A stretch of 64,000 bases of DNA from an uncultured Hyphomicrobiales bacterium. GTDB lineage: Bacteria > Bacteroidota > Ignavibacteria > Kapaibacteriales > UBA2268. Positions 58,444-64,000 of the stretch are shown here, piece by piece. The first letter of the stretch is position 1. Each line of letters opens with the position of its first letter. The DNA lies in the NCBI GenBank assembly GCA_964465945.1, contig CAYXMM010000002.1:319098-383097 (forward strand), written 5' to 3'. Position numbers and translations under genes: made by a program. The notes below the pieces were generated by a model. It had not been told where the DNA came from, made no database searches, and saw only the letters and a program-made list of their open reading frames with translations.

Positions 58444-59193
58444 TTAATTAATAATTTTAGTTACCCTTACTTTCCATTCTTCTGGACCTTTAATTAAATA
58501 TTCCCAACGGAATGGCTCATTGCTCTCTGCTTCCATCTGATAATAAAGTGGTTTTGGGTCATGGTCATTTATGAACTCAAATGCCTCGCCCGGCTTTATA
58601 TCGGCAAATGCTTGATAAAACATCTCGTGTCTCTCTGTCGGAGGAAATGGTCGCACATCAAACTCATTAACAACTGAAAACCCAATATCGCCCAAACCAC
58701 TATCTTTAATCTTAGTGATATGAACGATATACTCACCCGGAACTTCTTTCTTATACACCCATTTATGCATACCTGAAAATTTCTTGTTAAACAATTCTTG
58801 CACTTCGATTGGCACATCTTTCGTTAATATTTCCATTGTTGTGTTAGTCTTCATCATACCATAGCGGTGAAAAACCACCTTTTTCCATTCTTTATTATCT
58901 ACTTTTCGTAAGTCTAACATTGTGGCAATATCCTTAAAATCTCTTCCAGTTGATGCTTGAATTTTAGTAACCTTAACTTTCCACTCCCTTCCACCTCTAT
59001 TAAGATATTCCCAACCAACAACATCGCCATAAATAGAGCAAAACTCATAGTAAAGTGGAATTGGATCATGATCATTAACAAAAGTGAAATCACTCTTTAC
59101 TGGCAATTCCTTAAATAATTTCAACAATAACTCGTGGCGTTTAATTGGAATTAGAGTTCTAACATCTAATTCATCATAATTTATATTATCCAT
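58444..59193 (-). CDS. Triple DUF2249 domain protein
   Basis: LDVR...RHE...NDHDP.PLYY twice plus a degenerate middle copy. Confidence 0.88.
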   Translation of the reverse strand: MDNINYDELDVRTLIPIKRHELLLKLFKELPVKSDFTFVNDHDPIPLYYEFCSIYGDVVGWEYLNRGGREWKVKVTKIQASTGRDFKDIATMLDLRKVDNKEWKKVVFHRYGMMKTNTTMEILTKDVPIEVQELFNKKFSGMHKWVYKKEVPGEYIVHITKIKDSGLGDIGFSVVNEFDVRPFPPTERHEMFYQAFADIKPGEAFEFINDHDPKPLYYQMEAESNEPFRWEYLIKGPEEWKVRVTKIIN

Positions 59194-59401
59194 TTTGGAC
59201 TTTCAATTGTTATTAAAAAGTTGTTTGAAAAAAGTAATTTACATTTTCCAAATTATTTAATACAAAAGTAAGGAGATACTTTTATTATGGCAAATGAAAT
59301 ATAGAAATAACTAAATTTAAGTATTTTTGTTAATAAGATATTTATAAATGTAAATATATAATTTGTAAATTTGTAAAGTTAATGAAACTAATTTATATAA
59401 A

Positions 59402-61654
59402 ATGATTAAAGAACAATTATTTGGAAATTTAGACTTTCACAAAATTGAAAATGATAATGATTTTAAAGAAGATAGTGTACGTGAAGTAATAATTCTTCCA
59501 ATTCTTCAATATTTAGGATATGAAAATAAAAACATCGTTAGAAGTAAATCTTTAGAACATCCTTTTCTTAAAATTGGTAGTAAAAAGAAAATTCCAATTA
59601 AACTTATTCCCGATTATTTATTAAAAGTTGAAGAAAACTACGCTTGGGTTTTAGATGCGAAATCACCCATTCAAGATGTGAATAATAGTGATAATGTAGA
59701 ACAAGTTTACTCTTATGCTACTCACCCAGAAGTTAGAAGTACATATTTTGCTTTATGCAATGGGATTGAATTTTCACTTTATAGAAGAGAGCAAACAAAT
59801 GAGCCAATTTTATTTTTTGGGTTAGATGAAATTGAATATTATTGGGATAGATTAAAAATGTTTTTATCTCCAAGTAGCTTTCAAATTGGGAAAAATTTCA
59901 CTTACGATAATATTGCAACAACAAACAATAATAAAGGGTTTGACTACATATCAAGACCGCTTCTTGAAGAAATAGTCGTTAAAAAGCAACAAGCTAAAAG
60001 GCATTTCGGAGTTCACGGCTACTTTACAAAACAAGCATGGAATGTTGTTGCTGAGTATATTAAAAACTTCACGAAACCCGGCGATTTAGTTCTTGACCCT
60101 TTTGGTGGTAGTGGAGTTACCCTTGTTGAGGCATTGATGAATAACAGAAGTGGGATTCACATTGACATTAACCCTATGGCTGTATTTCTTGTTCAATCGC
60201 TGCTAAATCCCGTTGTTAAAGCAGATTTAGCTATCAGCTATGACAATATTATAAAAGAATATAGCGAAAATGAACCAAAAACCGAAAGTGAAATTAAAAA
60301 AGCAATTAAAATTTATCCGCAACCCAAACCTTTACCACTCCCTAATGGCTCGGACGTTGATACTGTCGATAAACTTTTTAGTCCTAAACAATTAGCACAA
60401 TTAGGATTCTTGAAACATTTAATCTTAAAGCAAGAAAACTCACATATTAGAGATACTTTTTTATTAGCATTTTCTGGTGTTGTTACAAGAGTTAATCTTA
60501 CGTATCATATAAGTACTTCTATAAAAGCAAAGTCTGGATTTGGTGGCAATGCAAGCGCTTTTATGTATTATCGATATAGAATAGCAAAAGAACCGACAGA
60601 GGTAGATGTTTTAGAATGTTTTAACCTAAGATACAAAGCAATATTAAAAGCAAAAAAGGAAATTGAATATTTTATAAATGAAAACACAATAAATAATGCG
60701 CAAATAATTAAGGGTTCAGCAACAAATTTAAGTTTTATACCAAAGGAAAGCGTAGATTATATATACACCGACCCCCCTTATGGTAAAAAAATACCATATT
60801 TAGATTTATCTTCAATGTGGAATGCTTGGTTAGATTTAGAAGTAACTGAGGAAGATTACAAACAAGAAGCAATAGAAGGTGGCGAGCATAACAAAAGTAA
60901 AAACGATTACAATAACTTAATTTCTCAAAGCATAAAAGAAATGTATAGAGTATTAAAATTTGATAGATGGCTTTCCTTTGTTTTCGCTCACAAAGACCCA
61001 GAATTTTGGCATTTGATAATAGAAACTTCTGAAAATTGTGGATTTGAATATATAGGCGCTGTGTCCCAAAATAATGGGCAGACAAGTTTTAAGAAAAGAC
61101 AAAACCCATTTACAGTGCTTTCAGGGCAATTAATAGTAAATTTCCGCAAAGTTCGCAATCCTAAAGCCATTTTAAAAGCAAATTTAGGGGTCGACATTTT
61201 TGAAATAATTATGCAAACTATTGAAGGGATTATTGCTAAAAATAATGGTGCAACACTGGAGCAAATAAATGATGAATTAATTATTAAGGGATTAGAACTT
61301 GGCTTCCTTGATTTACTTAAAAAAGAGTATACTGACCTAACACCTATTTTACTTAGTAACTTTGATTATGACGACGCAACGGAACAATTTAAAATTAAAA
61401 ATGATGCAAAATTCAGAACTCATATTGATGTTAAATTAAGGATAAGATATTATTTAATTAGTTATTTAAGACGCTCGGAAAGAGAAGGCAAAAATCCACA
61501 TTTTAATGATATTATTTTAGCAATTTTGCCATTGCTAAAAAATGGAATAACCCCAGAAAACCAAACTATACTTAGCGTTTTAGAGGACATTGGTGAAAGA
61601 GTCGGCGAAGATAGTTGGAAACTGAAACAAGAAGGACAAAACACGTTATTCTAA
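59402..61654 (+). CDS. HsdR-N-like PD-(D/E)xK nuclease fused to amino-methyltransferase (single-chain R-M candidate)
   Basis: IPDY...LDAK...EQVYSYA...LCNG; HGYFTK, LDPFGGSG, YTDPPY. Confidence 0.85.
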   Translation: MIKEQLFGNLDFHKIENDNDFKEDSVREVIILPILQYLGYENKNIVRSKSLEHPFLKIGSKKKIPIKLIPDYLLKVEENYAWVLDAKSPIQDVNNSDNVEQVYSYATHPEVRSTYFALCNGIEFSLYRREQTNEPILFFGLDEIEYYWDRLKMFLSPSSFQIGKNFTYDNIATTNNNKGFDYISRPLLEEIVVKKQQAKRHFGVHGYFTKQAWNVVAEYIKNFTKPGDLVLDPFGGSGVTLVEALMNNRSGIHIDINPMAVFLVQSLLNPVVKADLAISYDNIIKEYSENEPKTESEIKKAIKIYPQPKPLPLPNGSDVDTVDKLFSPKQLAQLGFLKHLILKQENSHIRDTFLLAFSGVVTRVNLTYHISTSIKAKSGFGGNASAFMYYRYRIAKEPTEVDVLECFNLRYKAILKAKKEIEYFINENTINNAQIIKGSATNLSFIPKESVDYIYTDPPYGKKIPYLDLSSMWNAWLDLEVTEEDYKQEAIEGGEHNKSKNDYNNLISQSIKEMYRVLKFDRWLSFVFAHKDPEFWHLIIETSENCGFEYIGAVSQNNGQTSFKKRQNPFTVLSGQLIVNFRKVRNPKAILKANLGVDIFEIIMQTIEGIIAKNNGATLEQINDELIIKGLELGFLDLLKKEYTDLTPILLSNFDYDDATEQFKIKNDAKFRTHIDVKLRIRYYLISYLRRSEREGKNPHFNDIILAILPLLKNGITPENQTILSVLEDIGERVGEDSWKLKQEGQNTLF

Positions 61655-61721
61655 TATAAGTAATCTTAGTTTCTCTAATTTTTCATAAATTTGCAAGTTT
61701 GAACCTAAAAATTTAATAATA

Positions 61722-62762
61722 ATGAACAAAGATATTCAACTTCTCGGACTTGGAAATGCACTTATTGATTTACAATACCTTGTAAGCGACCAAGAACTAA
61801 TCGACCTAAAATTTGAAAAAGGCACAATGACTCTTGTCGATTTCGACAAGCAAAAAGAAATAATGGAAAAGTTCTCCGATAGGGGACAACACAAAATGAG
61901 CGGTGGCTCTGCGGCTAATACTATTATCTCGTTTGCAAATCTTGGAGGGAAAGCCGCTTACGAAAGTTATCTTGGAAATGATGAATTAGGTGAATTTTAC
62001 TCAAATGAATTTAATGAACTTGGCATTAAACTCAGTGCCACAAAAACTAATGATGATTTAACTGGAACAAGTTTTGTATTAATAACACCAGACTCCGAAA
62101 GAACTATGGTTACTGCATTAGGCGCAAACACAAAGCATAACAAAAATGACATTAATGAAGAATTAATCAAAAGAAGTGAATGGCTATATATCGAAGGATA
62201 CAAACTCACAGACCCACAATCAGCAGAAGCCGTTTTCCATTCTATTGATATTGCAAATAACAACAACACCAAAATTGCACTTTCATTTTCAGATAAATTT
62301 ATAGTAGACTTTTTCCGAGACCCACTTGATAAAGTAATCAAACACTCAAACCTAATTTTCTGCAATGAATTAGAAGCAAAATCTTATACCGGCTCAGAAA
62401 AAACAATTTACACTTTTGAAAAACTAAAAGATATTGTGCCAAATCTTGCCTTAACATTAGGAGCAAATGGCTCATTAATTCATTGGGGTAAAGATAATTT
62501 ACATATACCCTCGTATTCGGCTAATCTGATAGACACAACAGGAGCAGGGGATATGTATGCAGGTGCGTTTTTATATGGGATAATAAATTCTGGCAATCCA
62601 CTTTACGCTGGTCATCTTGCTTCAAGGGCTTCTGCATCTATCGTTAGCCAACTTGGTGCGCGATTAAAAGACGATATTAAAATATTAAAAGAAGAAATTG
62701 ACAATAAAGAAAAGATTGGCGAGTTAAAAGAATTTTTCTCAACATTTTCTGAATTAAATTAA
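61722..62762 (+). CDS. PfkB family (adenosine kinase-like) kinase
   Basis: GGSAAN, DTTGAGD. Confidence 0.93.
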   Translation: MNKDIQLLGLGNALIDLQYLVSDQELIDLKFEKGTMTLVDFDKQKEIMEKFSDRGQHKMSGGSAANTIISFANLGGKAAYESYLGNDELGEFYSNEFNELGIKLSATKTNDDLTGTSFVLITPDSERTMVTALGANTKHNKNDINEELIKRSEWLYIEGYKLTDPQSAEAVFHSIDIANNNNTKIALSFSDKFIVDFFRDPLDKVIKHSNLIFCNELEAKSYTGSEKTIYTFEKLKDIVPNLALTLGANGSLIHWGKDNLHIPSYSANLIDTTGAGDMYAGAFLYGIINSGNPLYAGHLASRASASIVSQLGARLKDDIKILKEEIDNKEKIGELKEFFSTFSELN

Positions 62763-62828
62763 CATTTCAAATTTAGACAATGTTTAATTTACTTTTTCGT
62801 TAATGTCCTAAATTAAAAATGAGAGTTT

Positions 62829-64000
62829 ATGAATTTATTATTAAAATTTACAATAGTAATTAGCTTATTAACAACTTCACTTTTTGCAACATCCGAACAT
62901 TTAAGAATAAAAGGAAACACGACAAACCTTAACCCAAAAGCAGGTGAGGAATTTGAAATTCAACTAGATTTCGAACTTGACAAATATTGGCATGCTTACA
63001 CTACAGAAGTTCAAATAAGTAAAGAAGGCATTGGACCTCAGACAACAGAAATAATTATGTATCCTGAAAATATGGTTGAATTGATAGGTGAAATCCAATT
63101 CCCAGAACCATCACATAAATATGATGAAGGATTTGAAATGAATGTTAATTACTTTAATAACAAACATAGCTACGTATTAAAGTTAAAAGCATTAAAAAAC
63201 ATAGATATAATCAAAGATAGTTTATTTGCAGAAGTGTATATTCAAATCTGTGACACAGCAAGATGTCTGCCCGCTGAACCTTATAATGTATATCTTACTA
63301 ATAAAATCGAAAAAACCGAACTCTACTACGTGCCAGCAGAACACGGAAAAAAAGATGCAAAATCTACAACCGAAAACGTAACAGAATCTGCAAAAGAAAT
63401 AGCAAATGCTAAAAGCGAAGGAATTTGGAGCTTCCTTTGGCTTGCTATAACCTCCGGTGCCTTAGCCCTTTTAACTCCTTGCGTTTTTCCAATGATTCCA
63501 ATCACAGTTTCATTCTTCACAAAACGTTCCGAAAAAGCAAACGCAAAGGGCTTACGAGATTCATTATTATTCGCTTTTGGAATCATCTCCACATTCACAA
63601 TTTTTGGCTTTGCAATGGCGCTTATTGTAGGTCCAACCGGTATTAGAGACTTTGCAACAAACCCATTCGTGAATTTATTCATAGCCACAATATTTATTGT
63701 ATTTGCTTTAAACTTATTCGGTGCTTTTGAAATCCAAGTTCCCACAGGCATAATGAATAAATTAAATGCAAAATCACAAGGTAGCGGAGTAGGAAGTATA
63801 TTATTGATGGGCTTAGTTTTCTCTTTGACCTCATTTACCTGCACAGTACCTTTTGTTGGAACTGCACTAATTTCTTCAACAGGAGGAGAATGGTTCTACC
63901 CTGTAATTGGAATGCTCGGCTTTTCCGCTACATTTGCAATTCCATTCTTTTTATTCGCTTTATTCCCAAGTTTATTGAAAAACTTACCGAAAGCAGGTGG
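62829..64000 (+). CDS. dsbD: Protein-disulfide reductase DsbD (runs off window end)
   Basis: WHAY, QICDTARCLP, LTPCVFPMIPITV, SFTCTVPFVG; missing from ORF track because it has no stop in the window. Confidence 0.92.
   Translation, partial: MNLLLKFTIVISLLTTSLFATSEHLRIKGNTTNLNPKAGEEFEIQLDFELDKYWHAYTTEVQISKEGIGPQTTEIIMYPENMVELIGEIQFPEPSHKYDEGFEMNVNYFNNKHSYVLKLKALKNIDIIKDSLFAEVYIQICDTARCLPAEPYNVYLTNKIEKTELYYVPAEHGKKDAKSTTENVTESAKEIANAKSEGIWSFLWLAITSGALALLTPCVFPMIPITVSFFTKRSEKANAKGLRDSLLFAFGIISTFTIFGFAMALIVGPTGIRDFATNPFVNLFIATIFIVFALNLFGAFEIQVPTGIMNKLNAKSQGSGVGSILLMGLVFSLTSFTCTVPFVGTALISSTGGEWFYPVIGMLGFSATFAIPFFLFALFPSLLKNLPKAG

Noticed and set aside
33070-64000. IS elements, rRNA or riboswitches in the host segment
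   Set aside because: No transposase ORF, terminal inverted repeats or recognisable structured RNA seen.

Overview
About 1-33 kb is the distal part of an AT-rich temperate prophage ending at a host tRNA(CAU) gene (32996-33069, minus strand). It has an array of small early-type genes, an inverted Mu-like packaging block (ParB-MTase, terminases, DUF935 portal, MuF head protein fused to an ADP-ribosyltransferase, gpG), a divergent protease/scaffold-capsid-neck operon, a lysis cassette, tail genes, two phage tRNAs (Gly-GCC and an atypical initiator fMet), a -1 frameshifted tail chaperone and a 2090-aa tape measure. About 33-64 kb is host chromosome. A T9SS C-terminal domain and TTTG-N19-TAnnTTTG promoters point to an FCB-group bacterium (Kapaibacteria/Ignavibacteria-like is inference). 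It carries housekeeping genes (nuoA/B/E, grpE-dnaJ, ftsL-ftsI, rsmD, dsbD) and a single-chain nuclease-methyltransferase. Best lead: an unannotated 58-aa ORF antisense to the head operon, wedged against the MuF-ART toxin end, a candidate immunity gene. All family assignments are motif recognition by eye; no searches were run.
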